A DNA stretch of 64,000 bases from Eledone cirrhosa (taxonomy: Eukaryota): the NCBI GenBank assembly GCA_964016885.1, contig OZ024742.1:129766001-129830000 (forward strand). Direction: 5' to 3'. Below are positions 27,501-42,500 of the stretch, one piece after another (positions within the stretch are counted from its first letter, which is position 1; each line of letters begins with the position of its first letter). A program made the translations under genes and the position numbers. The notes under the pieces are model-generated. The model did not search any database. It saw nothing but the letters and a program-made list of their open reading frames with translations, and was not told the DNA's origin.

Positions 27501-30500
27501 GTGCTAAGGAGACAAACTAGATATAAATTACAAAGGTACCTGTGTGCTAAGGTGACAAACTAGATATAAATTACAAAGGTACCTGTGTGCTAAGGTGACA
27601 AACTAGATATAAATTACAAAGGTACCTGTGTGCTAAGGAGACAAACTAGATATAAATTACAAAGGTACCTGTGTGCTAAGGAGACAAACTAGATATAAAT
27701 TACAAAGTACCTGTGTGCTAAGGAGACAAACTAGATATAAATTACAAAGATACCTGTGTGCTAAGGAGACAAACTAGATATAAATTACAAAGGTACCTGT
27801 GTGCTAAGGTGACAAACTAGATATGAATTACAAAGGTACCTGTGTGCTAAGGAGACAAACTAGATATAAATTACAAAGGTACCTGTGTGCTAAGGTGACA
27901 AACTAGATATAAATTACGAAGGTACCTGTGTGCTAAGGTGACAAACTAGATATAAATTACAAAGGTACCTGTGTGCTAAGGAGACAAATTACTAGATATA
28001 AATTACAAAGGTACCTGTGTGCTAAGGAGACAAACTAGATATAAATTACAAAGGTACCTGTGTGCTAAGGTGACAAACTAGATATAAATTACAAAAGTAC
28101 CTGTGTGCTAAGGTGACAAACTAGATATAAATTACAAAGGTACCTGTGTGCTAAGGTGACAAACTGGATATAAATTACAAAGGTGCCTGTGTGCTAAGGT
28201 GACAAACTAGATATAAATTACAAAGGTACCTGTGTGCTAAGGAGACAAATTACTAGATATAAATTACAAAGGTACCTGTGTGCTAAGGTGACAAACTAGA
28301 TATAAATTACAAAGGTACCTGTGTGCTAAGGTGACAAACTAGATATAAATTACAAAGGTACCTGTGTGCTAAGGTGACAAATTAGATATAAATTACAAAG
28401 GTACCTGTGTGCTAAGGTGACAAACTAGATATAAATTACAAAGGTACTTGTGTGCTGAGGTGACAAATTAGATATAAATTACAAAGGTACCTGTGTGCTA
28501 AGGTGACAAACTAGATATAAATTACAAAGGTACCTGTGTGCTAAGGACACAAACTAGATATAAATTACAAAGGTACCTGTGTGCTAAGGAGACAAATTAC
28601 TAGATATAAATTGCAAAGGTACCTGTGTGCTAAGGGGACAAACTAGATATAAATTACAAAGGTACCTGTGTGCTAAGCAGACAAACTAGATATAAATTAC
28701 AAAGGTACCTGTGTGCTAAGGAGACAAATTACTAGATATAAATTACAAAGGTACCTGTGTGCTAAGGTGACAAACTAGATATAAATTACAAAGGTACTGT
28801 GTGCTAAGGAGACAAATTAGATATAAATTACAAAGGTACCTGTGTGCTAAGGAGACAAATTAGATATAAATTACAAAGGTACCTGTGTGCTAAGGAGACA
28901 AATTAGATATAAATTACAAAGGTACCTGTGTGCTAAGGAGACAAACTAGATATAAATTACAAAGGTACCTGTGTGCTAAGGAGACAAATTAGATATAAAT
29001 TACAAAGGTACCTGTGTGCTAAGGAGACAAACTAGATATAAATTACAAAGGTACCTGTGTGCTAAGGAGACAAATTAGATAAAAATTACAAAGGTACCTG
29101 TGTGCTAAGGTGACAAACTAGATATAAATTGCAAAGGTAACTGTGTGCTAAGGTGACAAACTAGATATAAATTACAAAGGTACCTGTGTGCTAAGGAGAC
29201 AAATTAGATATAAATTACAAAGGTACTTGTGTGCTAAGTTGACAAACTAGATATAAATTGCAAAGGTACCTGTGTGCTAAGGTGACAAACTAGATATAAA
29301 TTACAAAGGTACCTGTGTGCTAAGGAGACAAATTACTAGATATAAATTACAAAGGTACCTGTGTGCTAAGGAGACAAATTAGATATAAATTACAAAGGTA
29401 CTTGTGTGCTAAGTTGACAAACTAGATATAAATTGCAAAGGTACCTGTGTGCTAAGGTGACAAACTAGATATAAATTACAAAGGTACCTGTGTGCTAAGG
29501 TGACAAACTAGATATAAATTACAAAGGTACCTGTGTGCTAAGGTGACAAACTAGATATAAATTACAAAGGTACCTGTGTGCTAAGGTGACAAACTAGATA
29601 TAAATTACAAAGGTACCTGTGTGCTAAGGAGACAAATTAGATATAAATTACAAAGGTACTTGTGTGCTAAGTTGACAAACTAGATATAAATTGCAAAGGT
29701 ACCTGTGTGCTAAGGTGACAAACTAGATATAAATTACAAAGGTACCTGTGTGCTAAGGTGACAAACTAGATATAAATTACAAAGGTACCTGTGTGCTAAG
29801 GTGACAAACTAGATATAAATTACAAAGGTACCTGTGTGCTAAGGAGACAAATTAGATATAAATTACAAAGGTAACTGTGTGCTAAGGTGACAAACTAGAT
29901 ATAAATTACAAAGGTACCTGTGTGCTAAGGTGACAAACTAGATATAAATTACAAAGGTACCTGTGTGCTAAGGTGACAAACTAGATATAAATTACAAAGG
30001 TACCTGTGTGCTAAGGTGACAAACTAGATATAAATTACAAAGGTACCTGTGTGCTAAGGAGACACATTAGATATAAATTACAAAGGTACCTGTGTGCTAA
30101 GGAGACAAATTAGATATAAATTACAAAGGTACCTGTGTGCTAAGTTGACAAACTAGATATAAATTACAAAGGTACCTGTGTGCTAAGGAGACAAACTAGA
30201 TATAAATTACAAAGGTACCTGTGTGCTAAGGAGACAAACTAGATATAAATTACAAAGTACCTGTGTGCTAAGGAGACAAATTCCTAGATATATATTACAA
30301 AGGTACCTGTGTGTTAAAGAGACAAACTAGATATAAATTACAAAGGTACCTGTGTGCTAAGGTGACAAACTAGATATAAATTACAAAGGTACCTGTGTTC
30401 TAAGGTGACAAACTAGATATAAATTACAAAGGTACCTGTGTGCTAAGGAGACAAACTAGATATAAATTACAAAGGTACCTGTATGCTAAGGAGACAAACT

Positions 30501-33500
30501 AGATATAAATTACAAAGGTACCTGTGTGCTAAGGAGACAAACTAGATATAAATTACAAAGGTACCTGTGTGCTAAGGAGACAAACTAGATATAAATTACA
30601 AAGAGACCTGTGTGCTAAGGAGACAAACTAGATATAAATTACAAAGGTACCTGTGTGCTAAGGAGACAAATTCCTAGATATATATTACAAAGGTATCTGT
30701 GTGCTAAGGAGACAAACTAGATATAAATTACAAAGGTACTTGTGTGCTAAGGTGACAAACTAGATATAAATTACAAAGTTACCTGTGTGCTAAGGAGACA
30801 AACTAGATATAAATTACAAAGGTACCTGTGTGCTAAGGAGAGAACCTAGATATAAATTACAAAGGTACCTGTGTGCTAAGGAGACAAACTAGATATAAAT
30901 TACAAAGGTACCTGTGTGCTAAGGTGACAAACTAGATATAAATTACAAAGGTACCTGTGTGCTAAGGTGACAAACTAGATATAAATTACAAAGGTACCTG
31001 TGTGCTAAGGAGACAAACTAGATATAAATTACAAAGGTACCTGTCTGCTAAGGAGACAAACTAGATATAAATTACAAAGTACCTGTGTGCTAAGGAGACA
31101 AACTAGATATAAATTACAAAGATACCTGTGTGTTAAGGAGACAAACTAGATATAAATTACAAAGGTACCTGTGTGCTAAGGTGACAAACTAGATATGAAT
31201 TACAAAGGTACCTGTGTGCTAAGGAGACAAACTAGATATAAATTACAAAGGTACCTGTGTGCTAAGGTGACAAACTAGATATAAATTACGAAGGTACCTG
31301 TGTGCTAAGGTGACAAACTAGATATAAATTACAAAGGTACCTGTGTGCTAAGGAGACAAATTACTAGATATAAATTACAAAGGTACCTGTGTGCTAAGGA
31401 GACAAATTAGATATAAATTACAAAGGTACTTGTGTGCTAAGTTGACAAACTAGATATAAATTGCAAAGGTACCTGTGTGCTAAGGTGACAAACTAGATAT
31501 AAATTACAAAGGTACCTGTGTGCTAAGGTGACAAACTAGATATAAATTACAAAGGTACCTGTGTGCTAAGGTGACAAACTAGATATAAATTACAAAGGTA
31601 CCTGTGTGCTAAGTTGACAAACTAGATATAAATTGCAAAGGTACCTGTGTGCTAAGGTGACAAACTAGATATAAATTACAAAGGTATCTGTGTGCTAAGG
31701 TGACAAACTAGATATAAATTACAAAGGTACCTGTGTGCTAAGGTGACAAACTAGATATAAATTACAAAGGTACCTGTGTGCTAACGAGACAAATTAGATA
31801 TAAATTACAAAGGTAACTGTGTGCTAAGGTGACAAACTAGATATAAATTACAAAGGTACCTGTGTGCTAAGGAGACAAATTCCTAGATATATATTACAAA
31901 GGTATCTGTGTGCTAAGGAGACAAACTAGATATAAATTACAAAGGTACTTGTGTGCTAAGGAGACAAACTAGATATAAATTACAAAGGTACTTGTGTGCT
32001 AAGGTGACAAACTAGATATAAATTACAAAGGTACCTGTGTGCTAAGGTGACAAACTAGATATAAATTACAAAGGTACCTGTGTGCTAAGGAGACAAATTC
32101 CTAGATATAAATTACAAAGGTACCTGTGTGCTAAGGAGACAAACTAGATATAAATTACAAAGGTACTTGTGTGCTAAGGAGACAAACTAGATATAAATTA
32201 CAAAGGTACCTGTGTGCTAAGGTGACAAACTAGATATAAATTACAAAGGTACCTGTGTGCTAAGGTGACAAACTAGATATAAATTACAAAGGTACCTGTG
32301 TGCTAAGGTGACAAACTAGATATAAATTACAAAGGTACCTGTGTGCTAAGGTGACAAACTAGATATAAATTACAAAGGTACCTGTGTGCTAAGGTGACAA
32401 ACTAGATATAAATTACAAAGGTACCTGTGTGCTAAGGTGACAAACTAGATATAAATTACAAAGGTACCTGTGTGCTAAGGTGACAAAGTAGATATAAATT
32501 ACAAAGGTACCTGTGTGCTAAGGTGACAAACTAGATATAAATTACAAAGGTACCTGTGTGCTAAGGTGACAAACTAGATATAAATTACAAAGGTACCTGT
32601 GTGCTAAGGTGACAAACTAGATATAAATTACAAAGGTACCTGTGTGCTAAGGTGACAAACTAGATATAAATTACAAAGGTACCTGTGTGCTAAGGAGACA
32701 AATTAGATATAAATTACAAAGGTAACTGTGTGCTAAGGTGACAAACTAGATATAAATTACAAAGGTACCTGTGTGCTAAGGTGACAAACTAGATATAAAT
32801 TACAAAGGTACCTGTGTGCTAAGGTGACAAACTAGATATAAATTACAAAGGTACCTGTGTGCTAAGGTGACAAACTAGATATAAATTACAAAGGTACCTG
32901 TGTGCTAAGGAGACACATTAGATATAAATTACAAAGGTACCTGTGTGCTAAGGAGACAAATTAGATATAAATTACAAAGGTACCTGTGTGCTAAGTTGAC
33001 AAACTAGATATAAATTACAAAGGTACCTGTGTGCTAAGGAGACAAACTAGATATAAATTACAAAGGTACCTGTGTGCTAAGGAGACAAACTAGATATAAA
33101 TTACAAAGTACCTGTGTGCTAAGGAGACAAATTCCTAGATATATATTACAAAGGTACCTGTGTGTTAAAGAGACAAACTAGATATAAATTACAAAGGTAC
33201 CTGTGTGCTAAGGTGACAAACTAGATATAAATTACAAAGGTACCTGTGTTCTAAGGTGACAAACTAGATATAAATTACAAAGGTACCTGTGTGCTAAGGA
33301 GACAAACTAGATATAAATTACAAAGGTACCTGTATGCTAAGGAGACAAACTAGATATAAATTACAAAGGTACCTGTGTGCTAAGGAGACAAACTAGATAT
33401 AAATTACAAAGGTACCTGTGTGCTAAGGAGACAAACTAGATATAAATTACAAAGAGACCTGTGTGCTAAGGAGACAAACTAGATATAAATTACAAAGGTA

Positions 33501-36500
33501 CCTGTGTGCTAAGGAGACAAATTCCTAGATATATATTACAAAGGTATCTGTGTGCTAAGGAGACAAACTAGATATAAATTACAAAGGTACCTGTGTGCTA
33601 AGGTGACAAACTAGATATAAATTACAAAGGTACCTGTGTGCTAAGGAGACAAATTAGATATAAATTACAAAGGTAACTGTGTGCTAAGGTGACAAACTAG
33701 ATATAAATTACAAAGGTACCTGTGTGCTAAGGTGACAAACTAGATATAAATTACAAAGGTACCTGTGTGCTAAGGTGACAAACTAGATATAAATTACAAA
33801 GGTACCTGTGTGCTAAGGTGACAAACTAGATATAAATTACAAAGGTACCTGTGTGCTAAGGAGACACATTAGATATAAATTACAAAGGTACCTGTGTGCT
33901 AAGGAGACAAATTAGATATAAATTACAAAGGTACCTGTGTGCTAAGTTGACAAACTAGATATAAATTACAAAGGTACCTGTGTGCTAAGGAGACAAACTA
34001 GATATAAATTACAAAGGTACCTGTGTGCTAAGGAGACAAACTAGATATAAATTACAAAGTACCTGTGTGCTAAGGAGACAAATTCCTAGATATATATTAC
34101 AAAGGTACCTGTGTGTTAAAGAGACAAACTAGATATAAATTACAAAGGTACCTGTGTGCTAAGGTGACAAACTAGATATAAATTACAAAGGTACCTGTGT
34201 TCTAAGGTGACAAACTAGATATAAATTACAAAGGTACCTGTGTGCTAAGGAGACAAACTAGATATAAATTACAAAGGTACCTGTATGCTAAGGAGACAAA
34301 CTAGATATAAATTACAAAGGTACCTGTGTGCTAAGGAGACAAACTAGATATAAATTACAAAGGTACCTGTGTGCTAAGGAGACAAACTAGATATAAATTA
34401 CAAAGAGACCTGTGTGCTAAGGAGACAAACTAGATATAAATTACAAAGGTACCTGTGTGCTAAGGAGACAAATTCCTAGATATATATTACAAAGGTATCT
34501 GTGTGCTAAGGAGACAAACTAGATATAAATTACAAAGGTACTTGTGTGCTAAGGTGACAAACTAGATATAAATTACAAAGTTACCTGTGTGCTAAGGAGA
34601 CAAACTAGATATAAATTACAAAGGTACCTGTGTGCTAAGGAGAGAACCTAGATATAAATTACAAAGGTACCTGTGTGCTAAGGAGACAAACTAGATATAA
34701 ATTACAAAGGTACCTGTGTGCTAAGGTGACAAACTAGATATAAATTACAAAGGTACCTGTGTGCTAAGGTGACAAACTAGATATAAATTACAAAGGTACC
34801 TGTGTGCTAAGGAGACAAACTAGATATAAATTACAAAGGTACCTGTGTGCTAAGGAGACAAACTAGATATAAATTACAAAGTACCTGTGTGCTAAGGAGA
34901 CAAACTAGATATAAATTACAAAGATACCTGTGTGCTAAGGAGACAAACTAGATATAAATTACAAAGGTACCTGTGTGCTAAGGTGACAAACTAGATATGA
35001 ATTACAAAGGTACCTGTGTGCTAAGGAGACAAACTAGATATAAATTACAAAGGTACCTGTGTGCTAAGGTGACAAACTAGATATAAATTACGAAGGTACC
35101 TGTGTGCTAAGGTGACAAACTAGATATAAATTACAAAGGTACCTGTGTGCTAAGGAGACAAATTACTAGATATAAATTACAAAGGTACCTGTGTGCTAAG
35201 GAGACAAACTAGATATAAATTACAAAGGTACCTGTGTGCTAAGGTGACAAACTAGATATAAATTACAAAAGTACCTGTGTGCTAAGGTGACAAACTAGAT
35301 ATAAATTACAAAGGTACCTGTGTGCTAAGGTGACAAACTGGATATAAATTACAAAGGTGCCTGTGTGCTAAGGTGACAAACTAGATATAAATTACAAAGG
35401 TACCTGTGTGCTAAGGAGACAAATTACTAGATATAAATTACAAAGGTACCTGTGTGCTAAGGTGACAAACTAGATATAAATTACAAAGGTACCTGTGTGC
35501 TAAGGTGACAAACTAGATATAAATTACAAAGGTACCTGTGTGCTAAGGTGACAAATTAGATATAAATTACAAAGGTACCTGTGTGCTAAGGTGACAAACT
35601 AGATATAAATTACAAAGGTACTTGTGTGCTGAGGTGACAAATTAGATATAAATTACAAAGGTACCTGTGTGCTAAGGTGACAAACTAGATATAAATTACA
35701 AAGGTACCTGTGTGCTAAGGACACAAACTAGATATAAATTACAAAGGTACCTGTGTGCTAAGGAGACAAATTACTAGATATAAATTGCAAAGGTACCTGT
35801 GTGCTAAGGGGACAAACTAGATATAAATTACAAAGGTACCTGTGTGCTAAGCAGACAAACTAGGTATAAATTACAAAGGTACCTGTGTGCTAAGGAGACA
35901 AATTACTAGATATAAATTACAAAGGTACCTGTGTGCTAAGGTGACAAACTAGATATAAATTACAAAGGTACTGTGTGCTAAGGAGACAAATTAGATATAA
36001 ATTACAAAGGTACCTGTGTGCTAAGGAGACAAATTAGATATAAATTACAAAGGTACCTGTGTGCTAAGGAGACGAATTAGATATAAATTACAAAGGTACC
36101 TGTGTGCTAAGGAGACAAACTAGATATAAATTACAAAGGTACCTGTGTGCTAAGGAGACAAATTAGATATAAATTACAAAGGTACCTGTGTGCTAAGGAG
36201 ACAAACTAGATATAAATTACAAAGGTACCTGTGTGCTAAGGAGACAAATTAGATAAAAATTACAAAGGTACCTGTGTGCTAAGGTGACAAACTAGATATA
36301 AATTGCAAAGGTAACTGTGTGCTAAGGTGACAAACTAGATATAAATTACAAAGGTACCTGTGTGCTAAGGAGACAAATTAGATATAAATTACAAAGGTAC
36401 TTGTGTGCTAAGTTGACAAACTAGATATAAATTGCAAAGGTACCTGTGTGCTAAGGTGACAAACTAGATATAAATTACAAAGGTACCTGTGTGCTAAGGA

Positions 36501-39500
36501 GACAAATTACTAGATATAAATTACAAAGGTACCTGTGTGCTAAGGAGACAAATTAGATATAAATTACAAAGGTACTTGTGTGCTAAGTTGACAAACTAGA
36601 TATAAATTGCAAAGGTACCTGTGTGCTAAGGTGACAAACTAGATATAAATTACAAAGGTACCTGTGTGCTAAGGTGACAAACTAGATATAAATTACAAAG
36701 GTACCTGTGTGCTAAGGTGACAAACTAGATATAAATTACAAAGGTACCTGTGTGCTAAGGTGACAAACTAGATATAAATTACAAAGGTACCTGTGTGCTA
36801 AGGAGACAAATTAGATATAAATTACAAAGGTACTTGTGTGCTAAGTTGACAAACTAGATATAAATTGCAAAGGTACCTGTGTGCTAAGGTGACAAACTAG
36901 ATATAAATTACAAAGGTACCTGTGTGCTAAGGTGACAAACTAGATATAAATTACAAAGGTACCTGTGTGCTAAGGTGACAAACTAGATATAAATTACAAA
37001 GGTACCTGTGTGCTAAGGAGACAAATTAGATATAAATTACAAAGGTAACTGTGTGCTAAGGTGACAAACTAGATATAAATTACAAAGGTACCTGTGTGCT
37101 AAGGTGACAAACTAGATATAAATTACAAAGGTACCTGTGTGCTAAGGTGACAAACTTGATATAAATTACAAAGGTACCTGTGTGCTAAGGTGACAAACTA
37201 GATATAAATTACAAAGGTACCTGTGTGCTAAGGAGACACATTAGATATAAATTACAAAGGTACCTGTGTGCTAAGGAGACAAATTAGATATAAATTACAA
37301 AGGTACCTGTGTGCTAAGTTGACAAACTAGATATAAATTACAAAGGTACCTGTGTGCTAAGGAGACAAACTAGATATAAATTACAAAGGTACCTGTGTGC
37401 TAAGGAGACAAACTAGATATAAATTACAAAGTACCTGTGTGCTAAGGAGACAAATTCCTAGATATATATTACAAAGGTACCTGTGTGTTAAAGAGACAAA
37501 CTAGATATAAATTACAAAGGTACCTGTGTGCTAAGGTGACAAACTAGATATAAATTACAAAGGTACCTGTGTTCTAAGGTGACAAACTAGATATAAATTA
37601 CAAAGGTACCTGTGTGCTAAGGAGACAAACTAGATATAAATTACAAAGGTACCTGTATGCTAAGGAGACAAACTAGATATAAATTACAAAGGTACCTGTG
37701 TGCTAAGGAGACAAACTAGATATAAATTACAAAGGTACCTGTGTGCTAAGGAGACAAACTAGATATAAATTACAAAGAGACCTGTGTGCTAAGGAGACAA
37801 ACTAGATATAAATTACAAAGGTACCTGTATGCTAAGGAGACAAACTAGATATAAATTACAAAGGTACCTGTGTGCTAAGGAGACAAACTAGATATAAATT
37901 ACAAAGGTACCTGTGTGCTAAGGAGACAAACTAGATATAAATTACAAAGAGACCTGTGTGCTAAGGAGACAAACTAGATATAAATTACAAAGGTACCTGT
38001 GTGCTAAGGAGACAAATTCCTAGATATATATTACAAAGGTATCTGTGTGCTAAGGAGACAAACTAGATATAAATTACAAAGGTACTTGTGTGCTAAGGTG
38101 ACAAACTAGATATAAATTACAAAGTTACCTGTGTGCTAAGGAGACAAACTAGATATAAATTACAAAGGTACCTGTGTGCTAAGGAGAGAACCTAGATATA
38201 AATTACAAAGGTACCTGTGTGCTAAGGAGACAAACTAGATATAAATTACAAAGGTACCTGTGTGCTAAGGTGACAAACTAGATATAAATTACAAAGGTAC
38301 CTGTGTGCTAAGGTGACAAACTAGATATAAATTACAAAGGTACCTGTGTGCTAAGGAGACAAACTAGATATAAATTACAAAGGTACCTGTCTGCTAAGGA
38401 GACAAACTAGATATAAATTACAAAGTACCTGTGTGCTAAGGAGACAAACTAGATATAAATTACAAAGATACCTGTGTGCTAAGGAGACAAACTAGATATA
38501 AATTACAAAGGTACCTGTGTGCTAAGGTGACAAACTAGATATGAATTACAAAGGTACCTGTGTGCTAAGGAGACAAACTAGATATAAATTACAAAGGTAC
38601 CTGTGTGCTAAGGTGACAAACTAGATATAAATTACGAAGGTACCTGTGTGCTAAGGTGACAAACTAGATATAAATTACAAAGGTACCTGTGTGCTAAGGA
38701 GACAAATTACTAGATATAAATTACAAAGGTACCTGTGTGCTAAGGAGACAAATTAGATATAAATTACAAAGGTACTTGTGTGCTAAGTTGACAAACTAGA
38801 TATAAATTGCAAAGGTACCTGTGTGCTAAGGTGACAAACTAGATATAAATTACAAAGGTACCTGTGTGCTAAGGTGACAAACTAGATATAAATTACAAAG
38901 GTACCTGTGTGCTAAGGTGACAAACTAGATATAAATTACAAAGGTACCTGTGTGCTAAGTACACAAACTAGATATAAATTGCAAAGGTACCTGTGTGCTA
39001 AGGTGACAAACTAGATATAAATTACAAAGGTACCTGTGTGCTAAGGTGACAAACTAGATATAAATTACAAAGGTACCTGTGTGCTAAGGTGACAAACTAG
39101 ATATAAATTACAAAGGTACCTGTGTGCTAACGAGACAAATTAGATATAAATTACAAAGGTAACTGTGTGCTAAGGTGACAAACTAGATATAAATTACAAA
39201 GGTACCTGTGTGCTAAGGTGACAAACTAGATATAAATTACAAAGGTACCTGTGTGCTAAGGTGACAAACTAGATATAAATTACAAAGGTACCTGTGTGCT
39301 AAGGAGACAAATTCCTAGATATATATTACAAAGGTATCTGTGTGCTAAGGAGACAAACTAGATATAAATTACAAAGGTACTTGTGTGCTAAGGAGACAAA
39401 CTAGATATAAATTACAAAGGTACCTGTGTGCTAAGGTGACAAACTAGATATAAATTACAAAGGTACCTGTGTGCTAAGGTGACAAACTAGATATAAATTA

Positions 39501-42500
39501 CAAAGGTACCTGTGTGCTAAGGTGACAAACTAGATATAAATTACAAAGGTACCTGTGTGCTAAGGTGACAAACTAGATATAAATTACAAAGGTACCTGTG
39601 TGCTAAGGTGACAAACTAGATATAAATTACAAAGGTACCTGTGTGCTAAGGTGACAAACTAGATATAAATTACAAAGGTACCTGTGTGCTAAGGAGACAA
39701 ACTAGATATAAATTACAAAGGTACTCGTGTGCTAAGGTGACAAACTAGATATAAATTACAAAGGTACCTGTGTGCTAAGGAGACAAACTAGATATAAATT
39801 ACAAAGTTACCTGTGTGCTAAGGAGACAAACTAGATATAAATTACAAAGGTACCTGTGTGCTAAGGAGACAAACTAGATATAAATTACAAAGGTACCTGT
39901 GTGCTAAGGAGACAAATTCCTAGATATATATTACAAAGGTATCTGTGTGCTAAGGAGACAAACTAGATATAAATTACAAAGGTACTTGTGTGCTAAGGTG
40001 ACAAACTAGATATAAATTACAAAGGTACCTGTGTGCTAAGGAGACAAACTAGATATAAATTACAAAGGTACCTGTGTGCTAAGGAGACAAACTAGATATA
40101 AATTAGAAAGGTACCTGTGTGCTAAGGTGACAAACTAGATATAAATTACAAAGGTACCTGTGTGCTAAGGTGACAAACTAGATATAAATTACAAAGGTAC
40201 CTGTGTGCTAAGGAGACAAACTAGATATAAATTACAAAGGTACCTGTGTGCTAAGGAGACAAACTAGATATAAATTACAAAGTACCTGTGTGCTAAGGAG
40301 ACAAACTAGATATAAATTACAAATGTACCTGTGTGCTAAGGAGACAAACTAGATATAAATTACAAAGTACCTGTGTGCTAAGGAGAGAAACTAGATATAA
40401 ATTACAAAGTACCTGTGTGCTAAGGAGACAAACTAGATATAAATTACAAAGTACCTGTGTGCTAAGGAGACAAATTAGATATAAATTACAAAGGTACTTG
40501 TGTGCTAAGGTGACAAACTAGATATAAATTACAAAGGTACCTGTGTGCTAAGGAGACAAACTAGATATAAATTACAAAGGTACCTGTGTGCTAAGGTGAC
40601 AAACTAGATATAAATTACAAAGGTACCTGTGTGCTATGGAGACAAACTAGATATAAATTACAAAGGTACCTGTGTGCTAAGGTGACAAAATAGATATAAA
40701 TTACAAAGGTACCTGTGTGCTAAGGAGACAAACTAGATATAAATTACAAAGGTACCTGTGTGCTAAGGAGACAAACTAGATATAAATTACAAAGGTACCT
40801 GTGTGCTAAGGAGACAAACTAGATATAAATTACAAAGGTACCTATGTGCTAAGGAGACAAACTAGATATAAATTACAAAGGTACCTGTGTGCTAAGGAGA
40901 CAAACTAGATATAAATTACAAAGGTACCTGTGTGCTAAGGAGACAAACTAGATATAAATTACAAAGGTACCTGTGTGCTAAGGAGACAAACTAGATATAA
41001 ATTACAAAGGTACCTGTGTGCTAAGGAGACAAACTAGATATAAATTACAAAGGTACCTGTGTGCTAAGGAGACAAACTAGATATAAATTACAAAGGTACC
41101 TGTGTGCTAAGGAGACAAAATAGATATAAATTACAAAGGTACCTGTGTGCTAAGGAGACAAACTAGATATAAATTACAAAGGTACCTGTGTGCTAAGAAG
41201 ACAAACTAGATATAAATTACAAAGGTACCTGTGTGCTAAGGAGACAAAATAGATATAAATTACAAAGGTACCTGTGTGCTAAGGAGACAAACTAGATATA
41301 AATTACAAAGGTACCTGTGTGCTAAGGAGACAAACTAGATATAAATTACAAAGGTACCTGTGTGCTAAGGAGACAAACTAGATATAAATTACAAAGGTAC
41401 CTGTGTGCTAAGGTGACAAACTAGATATAAATTACAAAGGTACCTGTGTGCTAAGGAGGCAAATTACTAGATATATATTACAAAGGTACCTGTGTGCTAA
41501 GGAGACAAACTAGGTATAAATTACAAAGGTACCTGTGTGCTAAGGAGGCAAATTACTAGATATAAATTACAAAGGTACCTGTGTGCTAAGGAGACAAACT
41601 AGATATAAATTACAAAGGTACCTGTGTGCTAAGTTGACAAACTAGATATAAATTACAAAGGTACCTGTGTGTTAAGGAGACAAACTAGATATAAATTACA
41701 AAGGTACCTGTGTGCTAAGGTGACAAACTAGATATAAATTACAAAGGTACCTGTGTGCTAAGGAGGCAAATTACTAGATATATATTACAAAGGTACCTGT
41801 GTGCGAAGGAGACAAACTAGGTATAAATTACAAAGGTACCTGTGTGCTAATGAGGCAAATTACTAGATATAAATTACAAAGGTACCTGTGTGCTAAGGAG
41901 ACAAACTAGATATAAATTACAAAAGTACCTGTGTGCTAAGGAGAAAAACTAGATATAAATTACAAAGGTATCTGTGTGCTAAGGAGACAAACTAGATATA
42001 AATTACAAAGGTACCTGTGTGCTAAGGAGACAAACTAGATATAAATTACAAAGGTACCTGTGTGCTAAGGAGACAAACTAGATATAAATTACAAAGGTAC
42101 CTGTGTGCTAAGGAGACAAACTAGATATAAATTACAAAGGTACCTGTGTGCTAAGGAGACAAAATAGATATAAATTACAAAGGTACCTGTGTGCTAAGGA
42201 GACAAACTAGATATAAATTACAAAGGTACCTGTGTGCTAAGGAGACAAACTAGATATAAATTACAAAGGTACCTGTGTGCTAAGGAGACAAAATAGATAT
42301 AAATTACAAAGGTACCTGTGTGCTAAGGAGACAAACTAGATATAAATTACAAAGGTACCTGTGTGCTAAGGAGACAAACTAGATATAAATTACAAAGGTA
42401 CCTGTGTGCTAAGGAGACAAACTAGATATAAATTACAAAGGTACCTGTGTGCTAAGGAGACAAACTAGATATAAATTACAAAGGTACCTGTGTGCTAAGG

